Shown here: positions 36,632 through 47,872 of the stretch, in pieces
Numbering within the stretch: position 1 is the stretch's first letter
Layout: every line of letters begins with the position of its first letter
Origin: Macrostomum lignano
Lineage: Eukaryota
Assembly (NCBI GenBank): GCA_002269645.1
Contig: NIVC01000412.1
Span: 558,001 to 622,000 of the forward strand
Direction of reading: 5' to 3'
Length of the DNA: 64,000 nt
Notes under the pieces: generated by a model
What the model saw: the letters and a program-made list of their open reading frames with translations, nothing else
What the model was told of the DNA's origin: nothing
Databases searched by the model: none
Program-made: the position numbers and the translations under genes

Positions 36632-38999
36632 GTTTGGAATACTTCTAGCATTGTTAATAAAGTGAGAAGCTGTTAAAGCTCTGGCATTACATGATTGCTA
36701 ATTGTAACCAAAGGATGCTACTTTGAAGGACTTGAATTCTATAACTTTCTAGTTATTTGTTTTATTTTTTATAGTTATTGAAAAGACTTTTGGGATATCC
36801 CTCATAGATATTAAATTCAGTTGGCTCTTAAATAAGGCATGAAAGTGCTATGCATTACCCTAAATTTCACTTTTAAGCTTAATATGGGTCCAAGATAGCA
36901 TGACCTCTCAATGGTGTTGATATGGACGATTGGGTTGTTGGGGTCCATAAATAATTAGCACTAAAATCTTATAAGTCTATATATATGACCTTTCATTGCA
37001 TTCTTTGTTGTAACTGATAGAATAAATTAACTCTTAACATTTTAAAAAAGAGAAAAGCTGCTTTTTAGCAATATCAAACTTGTTATCATAGGATATATTG
37101 TTCATTGTTAGCATACAAAGTATAAGTATTTATGGAGCATCTTCAATGTATCACTAGATTTTTTTATTTAAAGTCTAAGTTACCGTAGTCAAAAATGTTA
37201 AATAGCTCATAGATCTTTAGGTTTACTCTTATAACATTCACTCTAGCCAATCAAGTGCTCATAAAAGGCTAAATGTGCTTTCTTATAGTTAGGATAATGC
37301 ATGTGGTGGAAAGTGCTATTTATTTTCAATCAATTGAAGTGGGCGTGTGCTTGCAGTTTTAGGCTACTGGTTTTGGTTTATTGCTATTTTTATTATCATG
37401 TACTTTAATTTGGTAGGTTGCTGCCACCAGACTAATGTACCTTATAATTAATGTTAAATTAAAATAAATGAGACAAGAGTCAAAATTATGTAAGGTTTAT
37501 TAGAAAATAAAAGAACAATATTATTAAAACCAAATATGCAAAGAGTGAATTTACACTATTAGTTTCCTATGTTTATACTTTAGTAGACTCCGGTTCTTAA
37601 TTAGACTAATGGTAGACTCCTTTAGTCTTTCCCTTATTTTTACCTAATTTGATTATACTAATATTCCTATTCTCGGTAGACTCCATTTGACTAAGTGGTA
37701 GACTCCTCTTAGCCTCCCTATGTTACCCTGGACTTACCCTTCCTTATTCCTTGAATCTTATAAATTTTCTTCTACAAAAGGGGAGACTCCCTTATGTTCT
37801 AGTTTATGCTTGAGACTTAGTCTGAAATATTGTCCTGATGGACTGTCCTGAATGGATGCTTTTCCCAAGGCTAAACAGCCTTTTACTAATCAAGGAACCC
37901 GCTAAGAATCAAATTCCCACCACTCCAGTTATTTCCCCGAGGGTGAACTACTGATAGTAGCATAAAAGCAAACTGCTTATTCTAGATATCGAGCTATTAA
38001 AATAATTCATTTCGACGAATGGAATTACTTGGCAAATGCCTTAGCACAACTGCTTGAAATAAACCCCTTACTATACAATTACTAAATCTCAATCTGTGGC
38101 TATTCTATTGTGCCCACTGATTTATTTTCTCCAATAAGCTCATATAGCTTTCAATATACAATGTACACAAGCTAGTGAAAGTACTCTCTGTACAGCCTGT
38201 ATAGCCTGGCTTAAGCTTAAATTTTCATCTTGGCACTAACTATTTAATATATAATAAACTGTAGCCCAGTGAGGCTTGGATCATGTTTTTGTGTCTAGCA
38301 TAGCATTGCTAAGAGTTAAACCCAATTCAACTACAATGCATTTTCTATATGGAAAGGTTATAACTTTATTATAGTTTTCTATGCTAAAAGTGGTCACACT
38401 GCTCACCTACTATAAATTATATAATAGATCTTGCTCTGATATTTATAATACTAAATTTGTGCTATAAATTAGAATCAGAAATCATAAAAATTCCCTAAAT
38501 ATAGCTTTGTCCTAAGATTAAAATTCCCTAGGCCCTAACCTTGGTATGCACTCAATTTGATCATATGGACTATCCTTAAATTGAAATTTGGCTTTTGCTT
38601 ATTATTGTTGTTTTTTCATTTACAATTTCATTGATTTTTTCAATAATCACCTCAGAAAATTTAGTATATACTTTAACAATAGAGGTGAATTTAGATTTAC
38701 TTCTAAAAAATTGTTTTAAAATGGTTTGAGTTGACCAAAATGCAATATAGTTTTGTCAAAAATGCAATATTGATAGTATATATTTTTTCTTCTTGAATAG
38801 TTTAAGCTTAAGCCTATGTAAAAATAATGTCTTATCTTGTACAAACCATGGTTTTCATAAACTTTTAAATTTATGTATTTATGAATACATGAATTATGAA
38901 TAAGGTAAAATTGGTATCAAACTTTTTTATTCTAGATGCTATTTTTTCATTCTTTTTTGCTAGTTCCTAAGATTTCTTACTTGTAAACAATCATTTTGT

Positions 39000-39325
39000 C
39001 AGCCTGGGCATTGCCACTAGGAGGGGGCAGGGGGCATGCCCCTCCTAGTAAAAGCTATGAGGGGACATGCCAATGCTTTGTGCCCCCCATCCAACCTTGT
39101 GACTCATTATGAAAATTAATAATTTTGCTTCAGGGCAAAAAAATATAGCATCTGCAGCACCAAAATGAGTGCCTGGGACACTAAAAAGGGTATGTGGTAC
39201 CAAAACGAGTGCCTGCAGTGTTAAAGTGGGCGCTGACAACACCAATTTTGAAAACAATGTATAGTACATGTAGAATTCTCAGCTGCCCCCCCCCGCCCTA
39301 CCATAAAATCTATGGCAATGCCCTG
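39000..39325. mobile_element. hAT-type MITE with 8-bp TSD
   Basis: cattttgt is duplicated at 38992-38999 and 39326-39333. Termini cag(cctg)ggcattgcca / tggcaatgccctg. Confidence 0.8.
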
Positions 39326-39533
39326 CATTTTGTTTCATATTGATTGTGGTTGATAAAATTGACATCCAGATTTTGAATTTTGCATCCAGTTTCTGACAAA
39401 AAGCAAGGTGTGAAACATCCTATCTGGTAGAGTAGAAGAATACTAAGTTTCAATATTGCCTTGTTAAGCACGGTAATATTATTTTGATTTACAAATCATT
39501 TATTAATATACTCCCAATATTTCATTTCCAGCT

Positions 39534-42500
39534 ATGGCTAAAAAATCATACGACCTTCTGTTCAAACTTCTGCTCATTGGGGACTCCGGTGTTGGCAAGA
39601 CTTGCATCCTGTTTCGATTTGTTGACAACACCTTCCAAACTTCATTTATATCTACTATTGGCATCGACTTTAAAATTAAAACCATTGAAGTTGAAGGCAA
39701 GAAGATTAAGCTACAGGTAACTATTGTAAATTAGTGATGCTTCTAGACCTGGAAGAGACCACAATCAAAGAAACTTTCATTTTGATAAAATAAATAAGCT
39801 TTCCTGCTCCCAGATCCTCAGTTGCTGGGCCAGCCTCCCAGATCCTCAGTTGCTGGGCCAGCCTCCCAGATCCTCAGTTGCTGGGCCAGCCTCCCAGATC
39901 CTCAGTTGCTGGGCCAGCCTCCCAGATCCTCAGTTGCTGGGCCAGCCTCCCAGATCCTCAGTTGCTGGGCCAGCCTCCCAGATCCTCAGTTGCTGGGGCC
40001 AGCCTCCCAGATCCTCAGTTGCTGGGCCAGCCTCCCAGATCCTCAGTTGCTGGGCCAGCCTCCCAGATCCTCAGTTGCTGGGGCCAGCCTCCCAGCTCCT
40101 CAGTTGCTGGGCCAGCCTCCCAGATCCTCAGTTGCTGGGGCCAGCCTCCCAGCTCCTCAGTTGCTGGGCCAGCCTCCCAGATCCTCAGTTGCTGGGCCAG
40201 CCTCCCAGATCCTCAGTTGCTGGGCCAGCCTCCCAGATCCTCAGTTGCTGGGCCAGCCTCCAAGATCCTCAGTTGCTGGGCCAGCCTCCCAGATCCTCAG
40301 TTGCTGGGCTGCCGTTATCCTCTTAGATTCAGGGCCATAATTGGTAGTCGTGTATAATGTATCTAACGGATAAAACTAATGTCGCCATGGTAACGAACTC
40401 CGGCAGATCTGGGACACGGCCGGGCAGGAACGGTTCCACACCATCACGACCTCCTATTACCGAGGCGCAATGGGCATAATGCTAGTTTACGACATCACCT
40501 CGCGCAAAACATTCGAAAGCGTGTCCAGATGGCTGCGCAATATTGACGAGCACGCCAGCGAAGATGTTGAACGAGTGATTATTGGAAACAAGAAGGATAT
40601 GGGTGATAAGCGGCAGGTAGGTGTTTATATATCCTGACAATCAATATATGGTCTGTGTACCATTTGCCCACAATCGATTTAATTATTAAAAAGTTATCCC
40701 GCCAACTTAGAACCAAATATTTTGTATTTTCCATACAGACAAATGTCATATTCCGGGCAAAGTTGGGCCATAGACACAAGCATCAACAGCGTGCACTACT
40801 AATAGTTGAACTATACGGATACCGGGATCGGGGTGGTGTTCAGGGGGTATTCTCACCCTTGGTAGTTTAACGGGCGAAAGTTTAGGGGTTCGATGCCCGG
40901 TCCCACTGGAACAATTTGAGTCCTTGAGCAAGACACTTTACTCTGCATTGCTTCAGTTCACCCAGCTGTAAAATGGGTGCCAGCATTAGCTGGGACAATT
41001 GAGGCTGTGTGGCGACCCCCCAGTCCTTGGACTGAACAGCCGTACGCAGCCTTCAGATGCGCCGCGCAATAGCTGCGGCTGAGCTGTCGGTTGCACATCT
41101 GGCCCAATTGGGGCAGGTGTAATCAATTATTACTAATAATATTACTGATTGTTTTGTTCTCTCTGTTCTCACATATGGGTTAGAGTGCTGGACAAGATCA
41201 CCATCACCAGCTTCACAGCGTTTTTGAGGCGCATCCTGAGAGTGAGATGGACCAGTCACACAGCAAATGAGGATGTTCTGCTAATTGCTGGTTGTAGAAG
41301 GAAGCTGATGGCAAACATTCGGAGATGACAGTTGGAGTTCTTTGGCCATACAGCGAGGAAACTTTCTGAAGGACCTGTCTTAATGAATAAGCCAGACTAC
41401 TCAAATAGGACTACATTTCTTAGAAAATGTTAGGGAGTAGGTTTTACCGAAAAAATACATTACGCAGATAGAAAGTTTTCATTATTTCAGCACAAAAATA
41501 GTTATTGCTTTTGATATGAGGCAGACACAATGTTAATCTTTTGATATGTCATGCCTTTCTTATAGCTCTAAGAGTCTAATTTATCATTCGTAGCTTAATG
41601 ACTGTAACAAAATGATTTTCTAATAGAGCTATCAGAAAAGCAAGGCATATCAAAAGATGAACATTATGTCTCACTTCTATCAAAAGCAATAAATATTCGG
41701 GCTGAAAAAAAGTTTCTCTATCTCCGTAATGTATTTTTAGGTAAAGCCTGTCTCCTTAAATTTTCCTAGAAAAATTGCTTCCCATCCTTCTACTCCCGTT
41801 GAATTTTTCACCCGGAATTTCGCCCGGAAATTTTTTGCGTTCACCCGGAATTTTTTCCTATTCCAGTAATGCAATTAGATCCGGGTGGAAATTCCGGATC
41901 TGTAACGAAAGTTTACAGAATCCGGGCGAAATTTCCGGATCAAAAAGAAAAATTCCGGAAAATAGACTTGGATCTCTAAAAAAATTCCGTTGACCGTTCC
42001 GGGTGAATTCCGGGCGAGTGAACCGGATCACACGAATCCGGGCGAGTGAACCGGATCAGCACACAATTCCGGGCGAATGAACCGGATCAACACACAATTC
42101 CGGGCGAATGAACCGGATCAGCACACAATTCCGGGCGAGTGAACCGGATCAGCACACAATTCCGGGCGAGTGAACCGGATCAGCACACAATTCCGGGTGA
42201 ATTCTGAATGATTGCATCGGATTTGCAGCCAAATCCTGTGCTTATCAATGTTGCGGAAAATTAAATGAAGAACGGGTAATTGGTCCATACATTTTCCACG
42301 ACTACGAATTGAATCGAATTCGATTTAGCCGTCCTCGAACAGAAATATTAAATCCAGTTGAACACAACTGTAAATCGTATATTTCTATGTACGTCTACGT
42401 ACTTTCCAAAACATAAAAATGTTTACCTTCTGAATGTCACTCAAATGAGCAACTGCACTTCGATTCCATATAACCGTAACCGTACCTTATCGCAACATTG

Positions 42501-45500
42501 GAAATTCTACAGGGATCCCAATCGACTACCTCTGAATGCATCTGTTGGGTGGGTCACTCGCCATACAGCTAATTAATTAACTTAAGTCAGCTGACTTGTC
42601 TATTCACTTGCTTAAGATCTCCGCAACAATTAAAAAGGGAGTATTATTTCTTTTTCCGGGACCCATCAAGGCTGATATATTTTGGCAGCCAGTGTCTCGA
42701 CAAGCGTTTCTAATGAAATCTAATCAAGCGAAATTGGCCATAACAAAAACGTAGAAATGAAATGCAAATAAATGCGGTGGTGGTGTTATGCACTCAATCT
42801 TGGACATCGCCCGCATTTCATTCCTCTAGTAGCTCGCCGTCTGGAGACATTTGCAGCTGATCCGGACTTCCCCCGATACCGGGAACCGGCTCCTGCGCAT
42901 GTTCACCAAGATGAGCTGCGTCTTGCTGATGCTGTCTTTTGCGCGACTTCCGGTTTCCGGAAGTCGGCCCCTCATTTGCAGCAGCACTGGTGATTCGTCG
43001 CGCCTTCACCTGGTCCGCCTTCTGTTGCCGCTCTGCGGCTGGCCGAGATTAAAAGAGGACCAATTCGCGGCAGCGACCGAAGGCTTTCCTCAATTCGTCG
43101 AAGCTTACTGGCACGTTCACGTGCTTACAGTACGCCTGGACAGTCTCCAGCTTAGCCGTGTTTGCTGCACGGACGTGTCCAGTCTCGCCATGCGAGCCGC
43201 GCCGACCGGACACGCTCGAGCTTTTAAAATCCTCAACGGAGAAGACGGCTCGCAGAATGGTCCGAACGAAGGTAGCTTTCACTCGCTCTACCATCTTCTT
43301 TGTATGCGGGTCCACGGCGTCCCGGTTTTTCTCGATGACTGAGGTGGCCTTTTCTCCGGCCGCCTCTGTGGCCAGACGGTCGCGCATGGTCACCAGCACG
43401 TTCTTGAAAGCGGGATCAGTGTCACAAATAGCGACTCCGGATCCGGCTTGCTGGTCGCTGGATGAGTGCACAGCCAAAACGGATTGCATGCTGCGGTGCA
43501 GTAGATTTCTTTGATTAGTGCTGATAGGCCCTTGTACGAAAAAAGCGGAAGATGCGCTTGGGCGTGATTCTGCAGTCTGTCCGTCGGTCTCATTGTCCGA
43601 ATTCAGACCGTTTTCAGACGAAGGGTGCATATCGGAGCCGCCCAGCATATTGCACACTTCATTAATTAGTGCAAGCGACTGCTCCTGTCGCTTTGCGACG
43701 CGACATAATACATGCACTGCCTGGCTTCTCGCCACGGTCGTGTCGGATTCCGACGAGTTCGTAGCAGAGATCGCTTCCAACCGAAGAACTTCAGCTTTCA
43801 GCTGACGATTTTCGGCTTGAGCCTCAGACAGCTTGTCGCGAACTCCGCTCAATTGATGGCCTATTAAGTGCATAAAAAGGAGGAGAGTGGCGAGGCAGCT
43901 GCTAAATAGAGAATCGACAACACTTATACATATACGAGACTGCTAATAATGTATTCTAGTATATGCACAAAGAACTTATGCAGTTCGTCCTCCGCTTCGC
44001 CTTGGGCCCGAATCTGTTCCATCATTGTTGTGCATGACGGACATCGTGACGGCTGCGGTTGTTGCGACGGCACACGCGCCAAAGCAGTCGCTTCAATCGC
44101 TTGGGACTTTCTTTCGAAAGGCCCCTTCCAGAGAGTGGCGGAATACCGGGATCCGGTACTCTTGTTAGCAGCCGTGACAACCAGGACACGGCACTTGCGG
44201 GTAGGCTCCTCATCCGCATGCGGAATCGCTACAATAGAGGCGTCCTGCACAACGCCGTACTGTACAGTGCCCTGAGAATCAGGGGCATATTGTACGCTCC
44301 AATAGCGATTGATAGCACCGGAGTACGCTTTAAACTCAGCAGGGAGTTCCTGCTGTTTCTTGGAAGTCTTGGAAGTCTTGCTTTTTGATGTCATATTGTC
44401 AGACGGACAGCCTATGGCTGAAATGGTTTCAGTGAAGGACACATTGTGTTAAAGACATGTGCTTGTTAAATTCCGATACAGCTGCCCAGATCTGCGGGAT
44501 CACTTAAGTAAATAACCTAGTAGCATGCGTCCTGTTAGGTAAGCGTTAGAAAATACAACATAAATGTGCAGACTATGTCACTCAGTCCTTAATTAGATAC
44601 TGTTTTGACGCCATCCTGCTATACTATACTACTTACAAAAGCAACCATCAAATGTGCCGCGGCACCGGGATTGGCCCTGCCTGGAAAATTGGGTTGTCTA
44701 TTTACGCCGAATCCGGGCACATGATCCGTGAGCCAAAGCCACACGCCGTCTGTGGCGATTCTCTGGCTATACCGATCTACAAGTTCACCAACGCTGTTAC
44801 ATCCGAGGTCGGCGAGAGGAATTTCAGCGCCTAATAGCCGTCGGTACGACGTCAATACAGACTTGATGCGCACCCGAGGTGCTGGACGGCCCCGATGTGC
44901 GGGGTACAGCAGGATGGCCCGGAGACTAGCTAGCACGTCGGCTATTTTCGGTTTCTTTTCATTGAACAGCACAGAGAATTCGTTGCGATCCATTGTGCTG
45001 AAAGGGGTGTGATATTCACTTCTGTAAATAGCAGTCAGTTTGAACTGTATGGGACGTAACCAGGGTATTAATGGCTACTTCGATGCTATCGAGGTATCAC
45101 TTCCTTACTGCACATATGTACATACTGATGCGGAAAATATATCATTCAATCAACTTCGGGTTCTAGCTGCACTTTTAGTGAATAGTTTTAAAATTTCTGC
45201 TGCACCTAATACTCAACAGTTTACGAGGTTACCTTGAATACATAACAATGATCACACATACTACCCAATAATTTCGAAAACGGAAATAAGAAAGACAGAA
45301 GTCAGTGCGCCAATACTGAAGCGCATAATTCATTTGTATTTTCAAATCGCATATCAGCTTAGCAGCTGCCTTGAGCCACAACAGAAGCGAGGATTGATTA
45401 TCCATCGCATGTCAGCTTAGCAGCTGCCTTGAGCAACAACAGAAGCGAGGATTGATTATCCATCGCATGTCAGCTTAGCAGCTGCCTTGAGCCACAACAG

Positions 45501-47872
45501 AAGCGAGGATCGATTATCCATCGCAGGTCAGCTTAGCAGCTGCCTTGAGCCACAACAGAAGCGAGGATTGATTATCCATCGAATGTCAGCTTAGCAGCTG
45601 TCTTGAGCCACACGATATGGTTACCGACCCTAGTAGGCCGTATAGACTACGCTAGACTTGATCTGCTCACGACTGGTGCAACTGCAAACGCATTAGACAA
45701 ACCACTGGAGCATGTACCGAAATAAATCGGATTAGCGTCTATCTTAATAGTGAAGCTGCTTTGCATACTGGGCCAGTTAAAGTTATTTGGAACTATGCCA
45801 CAGTCTCCGTCTAGACACCCAGCTGTGCCAAACCATACGGTTGGCTGACTCATGCTTCTAAGCGTCAAATATGACGATAGAATCATTCAGCCCGTTGACA
45901 CACTAAGCAGCTGTGATAGACTACATGCCAGTGGAAGTCAAACCTCTCGCACACAAACAGGGCGCAACAATTTTTCAATTGTCACCTGTACGGAGGATGG
46001 GCTCAGCCTCACATTACGGACGCTACAGTGCCGCCGTAAAGCAGATAAGTTGTCTCATCAAAGCGAGGCTTGATTACCCCTCGCTTTCCAAGAGGAATTA
46101 GCGCCGCTGACCAAACGGATGCCAGGGATTGCCTGATGGGAAAACCATTTGCTGGGGTCTGTATTCAGCGGTTTTCCATCAGAGGCTTCCTCTCAAAATC
46201 CCCATGGTACTTGTAATGGATGCCTGATTGATTCCGACTGAAGTCTCGAAATTCTCCCGATTCAGCTTCGCCCGGAACTCGGCTGCAATTCGGGTCAAGG
46301 GAGCTGATCCCGGTGAATTTTCCGGATCATTTGGTCCGGATCACTAGGGAATTCCGACTCAAATCCCGAAATCTCACCCGGAACACTACTGAAATTCGGG
46401 TCTACACCCAGAATTCCGTAGTGTTCCGGGTGAAAAATTCCGGAAAATCCAACCGGAACAGCTTTCCTTTTCCCGAAATTTCCGGATCTTTACCGGATCA
46501 TATACCGGATCTTATTTCCGGATCTTTTTCCGGAAAAAGGGGCTGTTCCGGGCCAAAAAAGCTGATCTGGGCCTTCACCCGGAAATCAATTAAAAATCGG
46601 GCCCGGATCACGAAATTCCGGAAAAAATTCCGGGTGAAAAGTTCAACGGGCTTTGAGTAGTCTTTGGGGAGACCATGAGCAGCATGGAAATACTTCACGC
46701 CTCAATGGACCGGTGCTAGAGGGAGAGGAGGGCAACTCCAATCTCAGGCCCTGACACGGTAGAAAGGACTGAAAAAAAGTCAGTTAAGTTGAATTGCCGA
46801 TATTTCGAAATTATTATATTTCTTCGTCAGGGCAAGAGAGAGAGAGAGAGAGAGAGAGAAGAGAGGTCACGGTGTGTAAAAAAATTGAATATGGGCTACC
46901 GGTTTTGAGCCTCTGGGCTCTTCGTCAGGCCAAAAATAAAGAGAGAGAAGAGAGGTCACGGCGTGTTAATTTTTTTTTAATATTAGACTACCGGTTTCAA
47001 GCCTCTATGCTCTGTCTGATAGAATTGATGAGTAGATGTACATTTTAAACCCTTTTCAGTCTAACTCTAACTTGTTCCAGAGGCATTTCAACCAGTCAGT
47101 TTGGGCGACAGTATATTTAGTGCATTAAATTTTTTTTTGGAAATACGATTAAATTAAATGCAGGTATTGAAGGTGGGAGTCTAAAAATCGATATTTGTGC
47201 GTTCAATCAAGAAGTTTGAATAAAATAAACGACAATGTAAATAAATTGTAGTTCTATAGGTAAAGTGAGCGCATTGGTTAAAATGATTCAGTGGTTTCCT
47301 GGCTGAGACTTGAACTTATTGGGCGCCAGGAGGCTCTGTAAATGTCGTTGCCGTGTAAATGCGGGCAGTATGCGGGAGCCTGGTTTATTTTGTAGCTTCT
47401 CAAAGTTTTTAGCAATCTCGTTGGCAAGCCAGACCGTAGATGGGTGAAAAGGAAGGACCAGGACCGGTGGGATGGGTCAGAGACGAAGATGGTTGTGCAC
47501 CCTGATGTTCGTACCCGGCGGTTTGTCAGTCCACAATTTTTTAATCCAGAGAGAGAGAGAGAGAGATTGCACTGTCAACACTTGTCGGGTAGAAATGTAT
47601 TAATGAAGCGACAAGCCTAACCAGGCTAAACTCAACCCCGCCTTCAGGTCAGCCAAGAGGAAGGCGACCGTCTGGCCCGCGAGATGAGCATCCCGTTCTT
47701 CGAGACGTCGGCTAAAACCGGCGACGGCGTTGAGGCGGCTTTCCGCGCCCAGACGGAGCTAATCCTGCGCAAGACGCCCGCCGCCATGGCTGGCGACGGT
47801 GGCGGCGCCGGTGGCGGCACCGTCAGGCCGCACGAGGGCGGCGGTGGCCATCGGGCTGGCAGGTGCTGTTAA
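39534..47872 (+). CDS. RAB10: Rab10-like small GTPase, 205 aa; exons 39534-39716, 40407-40616, 47648-47872
   Basis: [65 protein letters not shown]-terminal CC. Both introns are GT-AG, phase 0. Rab8/10/13 clade; Rab10 by the N-terminus and FHTITT. Confidence 0.9.
39806..40308. repeat. 28-bp minisatellite (cctcccagatcctcagttgctgggccag)n in Rab intron 1
   Basis: About 18 tandem units with occasional 29-bp variants. Confidence 0.96.
40821..41140 (+). mobile_element. tRNA-derived SINE with CORE-like central domain
   Basis: Box A-like tggtgttcagggg, box B ggttcgatgcc (40887), then ccttgagcaagacact...ctgtaaaatggg resembling the MIR/CORE domain, and an AT-rich tail. Second copy at 212-362. Confidence 0.75.
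41190..41390 (+). mobile_element. RTE-clade LINE ORF2 C-terminal fragment
   Basis: Translates [20 protein letters not shown]...IRR*QLEFFGH, the recalled RTE C-terminal motif, with an in-frame stop. Confidence 0.75.
41409..41787. mobile_element. fold-back MITE (~150-bp imperfect inverted arms, ~55-bp loop)
   Basis: The left arm ...ttattgcttttgatat...cttatagctct is mirrored by agagctatcag...atcaaaagcaataa.... Confidence 0.75.
43049..44394 (-). CDS. coiled-coil + BEN-domain protein, probably two exons (ORFs 44394-~43975 and ~43900-43049)
   Basis: C-terminal [25 protein letters not shown]...[11 protein letters not shown] fits the BEN consensus; heptad [18 protein letters not shown]; beta-rich N-terminal module. 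The exact splice junction is unresolved. Confidence 0.7.
44637..44993 (-). CDS. small stand-alone LOTUS (OST-HTH) domain protein; exon 1 of 119 codons, probable short exon 2 (DACY*) near 44530
   Basis: [10 protein letters not shown]...H.G...V...[23 protein letters not shown] matches the LOTUS pattern LRAxL...YRxxxGxxIPxxxLG. GTAAGT donor at 44636; downstream ctaac branch-point-like motif and aacag acceptor. Confidence 0.75.
45352..45612. repeat. 58-bp tandem repeat (~4.5 units) inside the TIR element, upstream of the LOTUS gene
   Basis: agcagctgcc-type core recurs at 45361, 45419, 45477, 45535 and 45593. Confidence 0.93.
46815..47013 (-). ncRNA. tandem degenerate Penelope-type (type I, minimal) hammerhead ribozyme motifs
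   Basis: Minus strand of 46893-46931: ggc-CUGACGA-agagcc cag aggcuc-(A)AAA-ccgGUA-gcc. The second copy (46986-47013) keeps GAAA but loses CUGA. A third CUGACGA lies near 46825. Unit about 89 bp. Confidence 0.6.

Larger units (their letters stand above)
41795..46650. mobile_element. 4.86-kb TIR element (CMC/EnSpm-like) with CCGG-rich subterminal arrays and cargo genes, in Rab intron 2
   Basis: Termini cccgttgaatttttcacccggaatttt / aaaattccgggtgaaaagttcaacggg. Motif arrays of about 400 bp at both ends, including a 31-bp tandem at about 42010-42200. CT dinucleotide on both flanks (possible 2-bp TSD). No transposase recognised. Confidence 0.8.

Noticed and set aside
37420-38000. Possible decayed LTR with ggtagactcc repeats
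   Set aside because: No defined termini, TSD or coding remnant.
40821-40905. tRNA gene
   Set aside because: A and B boxes are present, but there is no convincing cloverleaf and it continues into the SINE body.
43049-44993. LOTUS-BEN fusion by alternative splicing
   Set aside because: The acceptors I tested downstream of the phase-0 LOTUS donor are out of frame or hit stops before the BEN ORF.
41394-46663. 12-bp inverted match agactactcaaa/tttgagtagtct as the true element ends
   Set aside because: No TSD, and the left copy is 390 bp from the subterminal array. The CCC termini with CT flanks fit better, though this is not fully excluded.
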